A DNA stretch of 64,000 nucleotides from Okamejei kenojei (GCA_035221665.1 CM069150.1:28954001-29018000), one strand, 5' to 3'. Positions 29,101 to 44,100 are shown, counted from the stretch's first letter. Notes: generated from the sequence alone by a model not told the origin. Numbers and translations: made by a program.

Positions 29101-32100
29101 AGCTACTCACTTATGAAATGGGTTCTGTAATTTTGCAATGTTTACTCATATTAGATGTTTATCTTATGCCAAATAGAGAAAGTGTCTGTGAAATGAGATA
29201 CATTGATATTTCTTCAGATATTTGTATCCTTTCTCTTTTTTGCTCTGTATCTCCAGCATTTATTACTTCTGTTTCAGATTTCTATCATTTGCAGTATTTT
29301 CCTTTTCAATAACATTAATTACACATGTCGTCTCTTTTGTTAGGCTCTGAAGTTGATCGAGGATTGCAAATGTTGCTTGGCCCAGCTGGGAACGTGTAAC
29401 TCCACAAAGTTCAGTGAAGAAACACTGCAGCATCTTGAAAATTATCATCAACAATTTTCAGAATTCTCTGTTGAAAAATTTAATCAGATGAAGAGTCAGA
29501 CCCATGGCCCGAACAGCATTCAGGGCATGAAGATGTGGAATGCAACTTTGTTGAATTACAAAGAAGTCAGGCAACTCCTTGAGGAAAACCTAGAGTTGTG
29601 CAGGAAGGTGTTGAAGGCTGATGGAAGTTCTTCTTCAGATAGCAAGAGAGAGCTAAAGAGCGCTGAGCAAGAAAGCAGTAAGGACTTGGTCTCAAGTGCC
29701 TCTCATGTGAGTTTTTGGACTGAAGAAAGAATAATCTGGCAGAAAAAGGAAGAGCATAAACATTTGTCTGTGAAGAGCATTCATAATCACAAAGAAAATG
29801 TGACAAACAAGCCAAAAAGGGTACACGCCAAGTCATCAGTATTTGAATGGTCAGTGTGTCTGAATACAAAAGACGAGTCGAGTGATGAGAGGAGTCCTCA
29901 GATCTCTTCCCTCCCTTCCTACTCAGACCCAATCTTTTCTCCCGCTGTTCGTCACAGAAGTTATCCCTCAAAAAAGATTATGCAGGCAGCGCAGGGCTTC
30001 CAGCTGTCACGACATGCGAGCTTTTGCTCCGAAGACAAACATTATAGGAGCAGTAAAAGAAGTGGTGCTGCTCCACCAATTAGGTCTGATCTCAGTGAAC
30101 CTGAAGGACCAAGCATGTCACGAGGAGCAATACAAGAACTGACAAAGGAGAATTCATGGTAATAATAGGAGTTTGATATTTGGCAGAAACCTGTCTATCA
30201 GATGTGAATATAAGGGAATAATGCATTTTCCCCTCAGTGTATTGTATCATGATCATATTTTTAATAATTATTCTCGAAAGGACCTGTGTTACCCATAAGC
30301 CCAAGGCAAGATAGTCATGAAGTCCCCTCCACTTGCATGAATAATTATAATTAGTGACATTGCAAAAGTTCATTAAATAAAGCAGTCTGTTCAACCAGTA
30401 CCTCATTACCAATTAATACCAAAAGCTTCACCTCTATCCCAGGTAATAAATTACATTGAGTAATAATATAATTGGATGCACTGCTCAAAGTTTTCTGCTA
30501 CTTATTTGATACATTATGACTTTATATGACTTTAAGCTTTCAGTCTGTGATAAGGAATATGGGAGAGATTTCTGATCTAAATATTGTATGATACCCCATC
30601 AGTACATCAGTCACAGAACCAGACAAAGTTCATAATATTTGGAGGTGATCTTCTATAATACAGTGGATTTATTCACAATATTATCATCTTGGGATGCAGA
30701 ATAAATCTTCTGACATTTCAGATCTGGGGGGTTGCGGGGTATTGTCCCACAGAAAATGTTTTAATCTGCTTCTGGCAATGGTTAAATAATGCAGTCTTTC
30801 AGGAGGAAAGATTACGAACCTGGCCAGGAATTCCTATGTGGACCCAGACTTTCCATCTAATTCAATTTACTCCTATGGAAGATGTAACACATATTGGGCA
30901 GTTTATGAGTGTCAGTTCAGTTCAGTTTATTGTCATGTGTACTGAGGTACAGTGAAAATCTTTTGTTACATGCTATCCAGTCAGCAGAAAAAACAATACA
31001 TGCTTACAATCGATCCATTTACAGCAAATAGATACATGATAAGGGAATAATGTTTAGTGCAAGGTAAAGCCAGCAAAGTCCAATCAAGGAAAATCTGAGG
31101 GTCACCAATGAGGTAGATAATAGTTCAGCAATAGTTCTGTCTTACTTCCCATAATGTGTAAGTTTCAGTTTACCTTGCCAGTACTCCATCTGTACCTCTG
31201 GTAATACCATCAAGTTGGGACATTTTTGGAAATCACTTTTTTGCACTGTTTTAGTCAGCTGTTTCCTTAACCAATACTAAAATAAAAAATATTCAAAATG
31301 ATTATTGCCATGTGGGTTTCCATAGATATGTTAAAGTCATCATTTAGTTTGGTTATGGTTATTTCAGTGGCGCAGTTTGCAGTTAAGCAAGATTGAACCG
31401 CCATTTTAATATAATGTGGCAATATAGCACAAATCTGAGATCAGTGGGAATGAGTAAATCTACCTCTGGTCGTTCTACCTATGTAAACTCGATACAAGAC
31501 TAATCGAACAGTCACAGAGTGACGCAGCAAAGAAACAGTTCCTTTGACCCATCATGCCCATGACAAGCATTAAGTACCAATCCCATTTACCAGCACTTAG
31601 TGTGTAGCTTATTTTGCCCTGGCAACTCAAATCCTCATCTAAATACTTCACAAATGCTGTGAGGGTACACTACCTCCATCTCCACTCTGGCAGTGTGTTC
31701 CAGATTTAACCATCCTCTAGGTAGTAGAGTTGGTTCTCAGATTCCCTCCTAACTTCTTACTACCAATCATCCCTCCCTTACTAATCCAGGCACCCACCTT
31801 TTCTTTGAGCACTTCACCCTATCCTTCTTCTCCTCTTTTCTTTTAAACACCCGCTTTCACCGAGCTCCCGTGCTTAATCCTTATTTGATTAGTCAAAATA
31901 CACGATCTTAACCCCCCATTTCTCTTGTTCGTAATCATTTAAACCAGTCAGTCTTCAAAACTGAAACTTCAGATGGTGATTGGTAACTTTAGGATGTTAT
32001 CTTTTTTTATTGTGGATTATCAAAATTGTTGAAAGGAACACTTTAAGTAATATTTTTACTTCTGTTTGCTTCTTATTTCTTCTAAGCAATAAACTGCAAC

Positions 32101-35100
32101 ACATTATGGAAGAGATATTGATCACTGAGAGGGAGTATGTCCGTTCCCTTGGATACGTCACTTCACAATACTTCCCTGAGATGGATCGTATGGACCTTCC
32201 GCAGGATTTGCGGGGACATCGAGGGACCATCTTTGGAAATCTAGAGAAACTGTATGACTTCCATAGCCAGTACTTCCTGAAGGAGCTGGAAAGCTGTGCA
32301 AGGGACCCCATCAGAGTTGGACGCTGCTTCCTTAGACACGTGAGATGCCGATTGATCTCCTACATATTCTTTACCAACATAAAAAATAATCTGTCTCTTA
32401 GATTACACACTTCTTTTGAATTATAGGACTTTGTTTAGGCCGCATTGAGATAATTGCATGCTGTTTTCGTCATCCCGTTCCATGAAAGACGTGGAAAGAG
32501 GACAGAGGAGGTTTGCCAGAATGATGCCTGGAATAGGGGGCATTAGTTACAGCAAGATGTTGGACAGACTTGGATTGTTTAGTTCTGAATGCCAGTACTT
32601 AAGGGGAGGCCTGATAGAAGTATATAAAATTATAAGTGGCACAGTAGTGGTAGGGTAGACTTTTGGAGGATGGACTGTCCTAGGATGGAAATATCAAGTA
32701 CAAGAGGGCAGAGCTTTAAGGTGAGAGAGGAAAGGTTTAAAGAAGATGTGCAAAACATATTTTTTTACACAAAGTGTTATGAATGCCTGGAACGCGCCGC
32801 ATGGGATGGTGGAGGTGGCAGATATGATAGTGGCATGTAAAATACATTTGGATCGGCACGTGGATATGCGGAGATGGAACGATATGGATTATGTGCAGGC
32901 AGATAGGAGTAAGTCTTGGCACCATGTTTGGCACAGACATTTGGGCCGAAGGGCCTGTTCCTGTGCTGTACTGTTCTATGTTCTATGTTCTATGTTCGCT
33001 ACCCTTTTCTCAATGCATTCCAATATCTTCCTAATGTATTTTCCTTCAGAAGCAACATCTTTGGAGGGAAATGGCCAACCATTGGTTTAGGTCAAGACTT
33101 TTCATGTAGACAGTCTGGATGAAAGGTCCTGGTCCAAAACATCAACTGCTCATTTCCCTCCACAGATGCTGCCTTCCTCCACGGAGTTTCTTTTACAGAT
33201 TCCAGTATCTGCGTCTGTGGTGCTTCTCTACTCCCTTATACTTGTATAGTTTATTTTTACATTAATTATTGCAATCACTTCAACTTTGTGTGTGGTTTTC
33301 CCCTTAGTTTCAATAGCTATAACTTTACTTTCCTTGAGATGTGCAATAAGCATATCTTTCAGCATTATTTTGCATTTTCACACATTATAACTACACCAAC
33401 TTGCAGGGGGTGATCAGAACATTTTAAACAAGTGTTGTTAGAAATCAAGTGGTGTGCACTAAATATTGGAAACCCGTGTCTGATCCACATTACATCAGTT
33501 GCATCCAGAAATGCTTTGTACATTGACTGCATGTTTGATTTTCCCCATGTGAGACAGCAGGAAAATCACACAATTCATGGAATTTCCAGTATTCCACAAT
33601 TTCCCAATGTTATTTGACGAGCAGAAGAAGGAGACATTAATAAATCCATGCCAGTAATGGTTGATTTCTGCTATGACACGATCATTAGCTAGAACAGCTA
33701 ATCCTATCAGATCCTTTGAAGTATGAGAAAAAAAAACATTGTTTTAATAAGCTGTTGTCAGTGATAATTAAATTGATAATTACAATTGCTTCATTATTAA
33801 AAAGGAGTTTGCACCTTTCTTTCTTTTATTTTAGGAGAAGCAGTTTGGACTGTATGCGCTGTACAGCAAGAACAAGCCCCGATCAGACTTACTGCTCAGC
33901 AGCCATGGAAACACCTTTTTCAGGGTATGTGTTTGAACTTATCTTAATTCTGGTGCAGCGATCTTGCATTGAAGTGACTAAAACCTCGTCAGTTCAGGCT
34001 GCCACCCTGCTGAACAAAAACTGTAGCCAATCCAATATGGTGGCCATCATTCCTCCAAGCAAAGCTTGGTACATGGTTCTGACAAAATAGTCAGCCTCAT
34101 TTATGTCAGTTTTACTCCAAAACACAGAACAAAGCAAGTTGAACCTTTTGTGTGCAAAGGAAATGCAAATGCTATGTTTAAACCAAAGATGGATACAAAG
34201 ATCTGGAGTAACTCAATGGATTAGACAACATCTCTGGAGAAATTGAATAGGTGACATTTCAGGTCGAGACCCTTCCTCAGAAAAAAACCTTCACAAAAAA
34301 GATACTCTAGCTTTTTGTTTTAAAGAAGGAACTGCAGATGCTGGAGAATCGAGGGTACACAAAAAGCTGGAGAAACTCAGCGGGTGCAGCAGCATCTAAG
34401 GAGCGAAGGAGATAGGCGACGTTTCGGGTCAAGACCCTTCTTCAGACTGAAGAAGGGTCTCGACCCGAAACGTCGCCTATCTCCTTCGCTCCTTAGATGC
34501 TGCTGCACCCGCTGAGTTTCTCCAGCTTTTTGTGTACCCTCTAGCTTTTTGTGTCTATCTCAAGTTGAACATTTTAGCTTCCTCCTTTCACCTCAGCGTT
34601 CCAACCCCGAGTATCACCCCAAACTAAACCTACCTCCAAAGCTGTGTGATTTTGGAACCTCATTCATAAACATCGTTAACATTAAGAACCACATGACTAC
34701 TGAATGCCCTGCAAACCACCCCATAAAATGCACTAAATATAACTTTAGATGTAGTCAAATCCTCTAAAATTTTCATCAATATAAAACTCCTCATAATCAC
34801 ATCATATTTTCAAGACAAGTCAAGAGTGTTTTATTGTCTTATGTCCCGGATGGGACAATGACATTCTTACTTGCTGAAGCACAACAGAATATGTGAATAT
34901 GTAAACATAGTACATAACGGGGGAAGAGAAAAAAAAGAAAAAGTTCAATAAATAACAAATATAGTACAATAATAATATAGTCTTTTATAGTTCAGAGCTC
35001 AGAGCTTATTCATTGTTGTGTTTAATAGCCTGATGGCTGTAGGGTAGAAGCTGTTCCTGTTACAGTTTTCAGGCTCCAGTACCACCTTCCTGATGGCAAT

Positions 35101-38100
35101 GGTGAGATAAGTGTGTGGCCAGGATGGAGTGTGTCCTTGATGGTTTTGGCTGCCTTTTTGAGGCAGCGACTACCATAGATCCCTTTGATGGTGGGGAGGT
35201 CAAAGCTGGTGATGGACTGGGCAGTGGTCACAACCTTTTGTAATATTTTTCGCTCCTGGACGGTCAAGTTGCTGAACCAGGCCACGATGCAACCAGTCAA
35301 AATGCTCTCTACCATGCACCTGCAGAAGTTCTTCGACATGCCGAATCTCCGTAATCTTCTCAGGAAGTAGAGTCGCTGATGTGCCTTCTTTATAATTGCA
35401 TCGGTTTGCTGGGTCCAGGAAAAATCTTCAGAAATATGCACGCCCAGAAATTTGAAGGTATTGACCCTCTCCACCATCGTCCCATAGATATGAACAGGAT
35501 TGTGGGTCCACTTCCTTCCCATACCAAAGTCCACATCAGTTCCTTGGTCTTACTGATGTTGAGAGCTAGGTTGTTGTGCTGGCACCATTTGGTCAGTCGG
35601 TCGATCTCACTTCTATACTCTGACTCGTCCCCATCTGTGATTCATCCAGCCACAGTGGTGTCGTCAGCAAACTTGATGATGGAGTTCACATTATGTCTGG
35701 CTACGCAGTCATGGGTATAGAGTGAGTAAAGCAGGGGGCTGATATCTGTTCCAATATTGAACAAATAAATCTGAATATTATTATTATTGTCACATGTATT
35801 GAGGTGCAGTGAAAAGCTTTGCTTTGCATGCTATCCAAACAGATCAGATATATACAATTGTGAAACTCAAGTTCAATAGATAGAGCCAAAATGACGATGC
35901 AGAGTGCAAAATATAGCTCTCAGCATTGTATCGTAACAGTTGCATAGACAAAGTCCAATGTCTACAATGGGATAGAGGTAAATAGAGTACTGACTGACAT
36001 TGACTGAGAGGTTATTGCCCTGACACCATGTCTCTAAGTTCTCTATCTCCTTCCTGAACACCATCTCATCATTGTTTGTGATCTGGCCCACCACTGTGGT
36101 GGCATTTACTAATTTCTGGATAAGGTTAGAGCCAAATTTGGCTGCGCAGTCATGAGTGTATAGGGAATATAGTAGGGGACTGAGAACGTAACCTTGAGGA
36201 GTATCAGTGTTGAGAATTGGATGCCTCGGTAGGTCTTCCCACCCAAACCACCCCTTCTGCAGGTACCTTCCCCTGCAACCGCAGAAGATGCAACACCTGT
36301 CGCTCTACCTCAATCTTTTCAGGTTAGGCAGAGGTTCACTTGCACCTCCTCCAACCTCATCTACTGTATCCGTTGTTCAAGATGTGGACTCTTATACATC
36401 AGCGAGACCAAACGCAGACTGGGCAATTGTTTCGCGCAACACCTTCGCTCACCCCGTGTGAACCAACCTGATCTCCCAGTTCATCAGGATATGATTACAG
36501 GTGCGGGTCAAGGCCTACACTTGGTCAGGTCTTTAGGTCAGATGGGGTTGGTGCCTCTTCAATGTCAGGGCCTGCACTCAGTCAGGCCTAATGGTTCGGA
36601 GAGGTCGATGGTCCTTCCATATCGGGATCCAGTCAGGTCGGCCGTTACGTGAGCGCGAGGCATAGGAGGATACGTGGATGCTGCAGGCTTCACCAATCAC
36701 AGTAGGCCTCACTGTCCGGTTGGCTCAGGACAGGTAAGGCCTTCACTCCTGAGGATCATGGGATCTTCAGACCTGCAGGAAATATTATTAAAACATTTAT
36801 AAATTATGCTATACTTACAAGTAGAAAAGAGATTTAAAAGATTAGAGCATGTATCACATAGTAGTCGATCTTTCTCTGAGAAGAGCATGCAAAGAGTCAC
36901 AATGATCCAGCACCATCTTGCCATCTGCGGTATCCACGTTCATATGCCATTTGCGGAACCAATCTGTATAAATATGCTGACGAGTTCCCAGATACTTGGG
37001 GCTAGTGGCTACACACTATATGACATCCCAGCTGCTGTCCTGATAGAGAGCAGCCTAATGCACAACTGGGTCTTGTGGCTTTGAAAACCAGTCCCTGCTA
37101 TAAATCACTACACTCGATGGAAATTGTTCATTGATTGCTGCTTGCATATATTAACAATTTCTATATTATTGATGTACCCATTGACCATATTTCAATGCTC
37201 TCCAGCAGTTATTAAGAGTCAAGTCTAGAGTTGAAGCTGTTAATTTTCACATGCACTGGGAAGGGAATAATGAAGTTGTTACTTGCTGGAGATTTACAGG
37301 CACATTAATGCAACAAATAACTATACAATAAACCATAATACGATAAATTAATAGTTATTCTAGATAAACAGGCCAGAATTGTGCAAGCAGAAGAATATAG
37401 TGCCTGTAAAAATGGGGAATGGGGGTCACAAAAGCTGGAGGTGATAAATGGAACGCACCCAGACACACACTTTGTAAGCTGTATGTAGGGTGAAAATGAG
37501 AAGCGAGTGTGACGTGGGTGGGTGAGGGGGGGGGGGGGGGGGGAATAGAAAGAGAGGGAATGCTGGGACTACCTGAAGTGAGAGAAATCCAAATTTATAC
37601 CATTGGGCTGTAAACTGCCCAAGCGAAATATGAGATGCTGTTCCTCAAATTTGCATTTAGCCTCACTCCGAGGACAAAGGTCTGTGTAGAAAAGGGAAGG
37701 AGAATGGAAGTGTCCAGCATCTGTGAGGTCAAGTTGGTTCACATGGGATGAACGAAGGTGTTCCGCGAAACGATCACCCAGTCTGCGTATGGTCTCGCAA
37801 ATGTATAAAAGTCCACATCTTGAACAACGGATACAGTAGATGAAGTTGGAGGAGGCGCAGTGAACCTCTTCCAAATCTGAAAGGATTGTCGGTGTCCCTG
37901 GACAGAGACGAGGGAGGAGGTATAGGGACAGGTGTTGCATCTTCTGCGGTTGCAGGGGAAGGTACAGAGGTAGGGGTGGTTTGGGTTGGAAGTTATGAGT
38001 TAACCAGGGAGTTGCGGAGAGAACAGTCTCTGCGGGAAGACAGAAAGGGGTGGAGATGTGAAAATGTGGCTATTGGTGGGATCCCGTTGGAGGTGGTGGA

Positions 38101-41100
38101 AATTTCGGTGGATTATGTGTCGTATGCGATGGCTGATGGGGTGGAAGGTAAGGACTAGGGGGACTTTGTCTCCGTTGCAACTAGGGGGAGAGGGAACAAG
38201 GACAGAGCTGCAGGGTATGGAGGCGAGACAAGTGAGGGCCTCATCTATGATGGGAATATTTGTTGGTGTTATTCCAGCATTAGGGAGAATGTAACTGAAG
38301 CCTCCAAGCATGTTTATGGATACCATGGGCCAAAACAAACTTTAATAAGAGAAATTGGAGATCACAGAGGAAAGTATTTTCAATTACATTATTGCAAAAC
38401 TTAAACAATTGCAGTTGTAATAAGATTTACAGGGTTACCACTCAAATATAGGCAGCGCAGGATTCAACCCTCAGCGTTTGTGATCTGAAAGGTTTCACTG
38501 GTAAATTCAGCACTGAAACAGTTTAAAACATTGACTTTCTCTCGACACAGGCCAAACAGCTAGAATTAGGTGACAAGATGGACTTGGCATCGTATCTTTT
38601 GAAACCGATTCAGAGAATCAGCAAGTACAACCTACTCCTGAGGGATATGTTCAAAGAGTGCAGCACATCCCAGGAAAAAGAGTGCAAGGAACTGCAGGGA
38701 GCCCATGAGATAGTGTGCTTCCAGCTCCGGTATGGGAATGACCTTCTTGCCATGGATGATATACAGGAGTGCGATGTAAGTTTAGATAGACTTTTGCACT
38801 TTGAAGGCATTTTTTAATTATTTTATATTCAACCTTACTTTTTGCATTATTGCATATTCAATGAGATAAAGAATTGAGGATTATGAAAATTGCAGCAACA
38901 TTATTTGATTTACAATTTTATGACAAATTTAAATTCTTCAATATTTTGCTATTTTAAAATGTTTTATTTATTCATAAGCACAAGGTTAAATATCCTGCAT
39001 CTCACAATATTTTGCGATCTAAATGATATGGTATATTTATGTTGTCATTTTCTATTTTTCCACTTCCATGTATTGAAGATATTGATATGTTAGAAGGACT
39101 ATGGCATTGTACCCATTCTTCATATGTGTGCCATCGCAACAAATTGCAATTTTATTCTCACCCAGTAATTATATCTGGGCACATTTCACATGATTGAGAA
39201 TTGAGATAAGAAATATAAACAGGAATGAATTCCTCTCTACCAGGGCACATGGGTCAAGCTCTGTGCTGATTTGAAGATGGGATTAGAAATGCTATACCAT
39301 GCAGCATGAAATTAAAAAAAATATGCATTCATTGTACTTAATACGGATTATACTTCCTGGTGTAATGGGTTTTGTTTGTGGATTTTTAATGAACCTTCTT
39401 AAGAAAAATTGAGACTATTATAAGTAGAAATACATGAGAAATTAATAAAAAATTAATAAAAAGGAACTGCAAATGCTGGTGTATATACTAAAGATAGACA
39501 CAGAATGCTGGAGTAACTAAATGGGTCATGCAGCATTTCTGCAGAAAATACAGAGGTATCATGCATCCATTTTCTCCAGAGATGCTGCATGACCTGTAGA
39601 ATTACTCCAGCAATTTGTCTATATTATGAGAAATTAATATCAATGTTTTACCTGTATTTAAGAAGGGAGATAGTACGGTGTTTTAGTTGGTTTATGTTTG
39701 CTTATTCAAATAAAACAATATTTCATTTGTAATATTTCTGAAGGCCAGCTACATTTGAAAATATGGAAACACTATGTGTACAATACATTCCCTTTCTCTT
39801 TAAGGAGAAATCTGAAGGCTGTTTTTTTTAAAATTATTAAATGTTTGACTGCTGTGCAGTTCTAAGGAAGGCCAGAACTAAATGTCATAGATGTAAAATT
39901 GTGTTTTATGTTTTCTTATTCAAAATAAAATTCATTTGTAATATTTCTGAATGCCAGCGACATTTGAAAATGTGGAAACACATCACAGAAGAGAATGTGT
40001 ACAACACATTTCCTTTCTCTTTAAGGAGAAATCTGAAGGCTGATTTTCTTTTTTATTATTTAATGTTTGAATGCTGTGCAATTCTAAGGAAGACCAGAAC
40101 TAAATTTCATAGATGTAAAATAGTCAACGATAAATCAAATGGCTAATTTAGAAGACATGTCTTTTACTCAGAAGAAAGAGTGAACATGTGGGCAAGGCTA
40201 ATAATATAGGTGCCTTCAGTCGGATGCTAATGAGAGAGGAGAACTGCATTGATAAAATTAGATAAGGAAGAATCGAGGAGGTTTAGATGAAGCACAAATG
40301 CCGGCAGGGACTTGAATGGTTTGAATAGTTTATTTCTATGCTGTTTCTTCTGCATTAGCTTCTCAGTCTTGTCACCCAAACAACACAGACCAGAGTGTAA
40401 ACCTAAGAATTTGTTTTCTGTATGTTTTCATACAACAACTGAGACTGTATGTAGTCATTATCCATGGGAGTTCCCAAGGGATTTTTAAAACCCAAGTTCA
40501 GTAAAATGTTCCACCACTAATTATATCCTTAATTGTAACCATGTTGGTCCTAGGTGAACCTAAAGGAGCAGGGCCAATTATTACGTCGGGACGAGTTTGT
40601 TGTATGGTCTGGGCGAAAGAAATGTTACAGGCACATCTTCCTATTTGAAGATCTCATACTCTTCAGCAAGACCAAGAAAACAGAAGGAAGCAATGATATC
40701 TACATTTACAAACAATCCTTCAAGGTAAAGTGAGCGTATTCTAGTTAGCAAATAGACTTCAAGTCTCCACTTTGCATATGACAAGCTTAAATGCATGTAT
40801 AAGGCATTTAACATTCCACTCAAACTGTGCCAGAATATTGTAAAGTTAATCATTTAAATAATTTAGAACATAAAATAAACTTGATTATACTTCATCAGCA
40901 TGAAAACCTAAATAAGCAAACTATGATTATGTTAGAACAATAACCATATAACCATATAACAATTACAGCACGGAAACAGGCCCTTACGGCCCTTCCAGTC
41001 CGTGCCGACCATTTATTTTCCCCTAGTCCCATCTATCTGCACTCAGAGCATACCCCTCCATTCCCTTCCCGTCCATATACCTATCCACTTTACTTTTAAA

Positions 41101-44100
41101 TGTTAAAATCGATACTGCCTCCACCACTTCTGCTGGAAGCTCATTCCACACAGCCACCACTCTCTGAGTAAAGAAGTTCCCCCTCATGTTACCCCTAAAC
41201 TTTTGTCCCTTAATTCTCATGTCATGCCCTCTTGTTTGAATCTTCCCTAACCTCAATGGGAAAAGCTTATCCACGTCAACTCTGTCTGTCCCCCCTTAAC
41301 CTTTTGTGCTCCAAAGAATAAAGACCTAACTTATTCAACCTTTCTCTGTAACTTAGTTGCTGGAACCCAGGCAACATTCTAGTAAATCTCCTCTGTACTC
41401 TCTCTATTTTGTTGACACCCTTCCTATAATTAGGCGACCAAAATTGTACACCATACTCCAGAATTGGTCTTACCAATGCCTTGTATAAATTTTAGCATTA
41501 CTTCCCTACTGCTATATTCAATGCTCTGATTTATAAAGACCAGCACACCAAAAGCTTTCTTTACTACCCTGTCTACATGCGATTCCACCTTCAGGGAACT
41601 ATGCACAGTTATTCCTAGATCCCTCTGTTCCTCAGCATTCCTCAATTCCCTACCATTTACCATGTACGTCCTATTTTGATTTGTCCTGCCAAGATGTAGC
41701 ACTTCACACTTATCAGCATTAAACTCCATCTGCCATCTTTCAGCCCACTCTTCCAAATGGCCCAAATCTCTCTGTAGACTTTGAAAATCTACTTCATTAT
41801 CCACAACACCACCTATCTTAGTATCATCTGCATACTTACTTATCCAATTTTCCACCCCATCATCCAGATCATTGATGTACATGACAAACAACAGTGGACC
41901 CAACACAGATCCCTGAGGCACCCCACTGGTCACTGGCTTCAAACCTGACAAACAGCCATCCACCATTACTCTCTGACATCTCCCATTCAGCCGCTGTTGA
42001 ATCCATCTTGCTACTCCGCCATTAACACCCAAAGATTGAACCTTCTTAACCAACCTTCCATGGGGAACCTTGTCAAAGGCCTTACTGAAATCCATATAGA
42101 AAACATCCACTGCTTTACCCTCATCAATTTCCCTAGTAACCTCTTCAAAAAATTCAAGAAGGTTTGTCAAACATGACCTACCAGGCACAAATCCATGTTG
42201 ACTGTTCCTGATCAGACCCTGTTTATCCAGATGCTTATATATATTATCTCTAAGTATCCTTTCCATTAATTTGCCCACCACTGACATCAAACTAACAGGT
42301 CTATAATTGCTAGGTTTATTCTTTGAACCCTTTTTAAACAATGGAACAACATGCACAGTACGCCAATCCTCCGACACTATTCCCATTTCTAATGACATTT
42401 GAAATATTTCTGTCATAGCTCCTGCTATTTCTGCACTAACTTCCCACAATGTCCTAGGGAATATCCTGTCAGGACCTGGAGACTTATCCACTTTTATATT
42501 TTTCAAAAGAGTCACTACTTCCTCCTCTTTGAATCTCATTGTTTCCATAGCTATTCTACTTTTTTCCCTTACCGCACAGAGTTCAATATCCTTCTCCTTG
42601 GTGAATACTGAAGAAAATAAATTGTTCAATATCTCCCACATCTCTTTTGGCTCTGCAGATAGCTGTCCATTTTGGCTCTCTAATGGTCCAATGTTATCCC
42701 TCATTATCCTTTTGCTATTAATATAACTAGAAACCCTTTGGATTTACTTTCACCTTTCTTGCCAAAGCAACCTCATATCTTCTTTTAGCCTTTCTAATTT
42801 CTTTCTTAAGATTCTTTTTACACTCTTTATTGTCATCTAGCACCTCATTTCCTCCATGCCTCCTATAATTATTGTAGATATCTCTCTTTTTTCGAAACAA
42901 GTGTCCAATTTCCCTTGAAAACCATGGCTCTTTCCAATTTTTACTATTTCCTTTCAACCGAACAGGGACATAAAGATTCTGTACTCTTACAATTTCCCCT
43001 TTAAATGTCCCCCATTTCTCTTCTACATCCTTCCCATAAAACAAAATGTCCCAATTCACTCCTTTTAAATCCTTACGCATTCCCTCAAAGTTAGCCTTTC
43101 TCCAATCAAAAATCTCAACGCTAAGTCCAGTTCTGACTCTCTCCATAATTATATTGAAACTAATGGTATTGTGATCACTGGTCCCGAAGTGTTCAACAAC
43201 GCATACCCCCGTCACCTGACCTGCCTCATTTCCTAACAGGAGTTCCAGCACTGCCCCTTCTCTGGTCGATACCTCTATGTATTGCTGCAAAAAACTATCC
43301 TGCACACATTTTACAAACTCCAAACCATCCAGCCCATTTACAGAATGTGTTTCCCAGTCTATTTTTTGGAAAATTGAAATCTCCCACAATCTCTACTTTG
43401 TGCTTACTACTAATATCTGCTATATCCTTACATATTTGCTCTTCCAATTCTCGCTCCCCATTTGGCAGTCTATAATACACCCCTAAAAGTGTTGCTACAC
43501 CATTCCCACTTCTCAGTTCCACCCAAATAGCCTCCCTAGACAAGCCCTCTAATCTATCCTGCCAAAGCACTGCTGTAATATCTTCTCTGACAAGCAATGC
43601 AACACCTCCACCTCTGGTCGCTCCAATTCTATCACACCTGAAGCAACGAAATCCTGGAATATTTAGTTTCCAATCACAGCCCTCCTGCAACCATGTTTCA
43701 CTGATTGCCACAACATCATATTTCCAGGTGTCAATCCAGGCTCTAAGTTCATCCACCTTTCTTACAATGCTCCTAGCATTAAAATATAGACATTTTAGAA
43801 ACCCACCATCCCTTATTCTTGTCTATTATCTTTTTCCTCTTACTCACCTACATTTTGTGTCCGAGTGCTTCCCTTCTCTGCCTCTTGCCCCGCACCCTGT
43901 CCCCTAGCCCCCTCTACCCGAGTCCCTCCCCCCAGCCTTTCTAGTTTAAAGTCTCCCCAGTAGCCTTTGCAATTCTCCCTGCCAGGATATTGGTCCCCCT
44001 CGGGTTCAAGCGCAACCCGTCCTTTTTTTACAGATCATGCCTTCCCCAAAAGAGGTCCCAGTGATCAAGAAACTTGAATCCCTGCCCACTGCACCAGCCC

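Larger units (their letters stand above)
34150..34561. mobile_element. Nested Penelope-pLTR mini-elements; inner element 34319-34541 contains a 191-bp palindrome
   Basis: Inner arms 34351-34445 and 34447-34541, one mismatch; 14-bp direct repeat ctctagctttttgt at 34305-34318 and 34539-34552. Confidence 0.85.

Noticed and set aside
10798-37543. Homopolymer G/C runs (10798, 11620, 16663, 22231, 37525)
   Set aside because: Common slippage tracts, mostly beside repeats; no evidence of function
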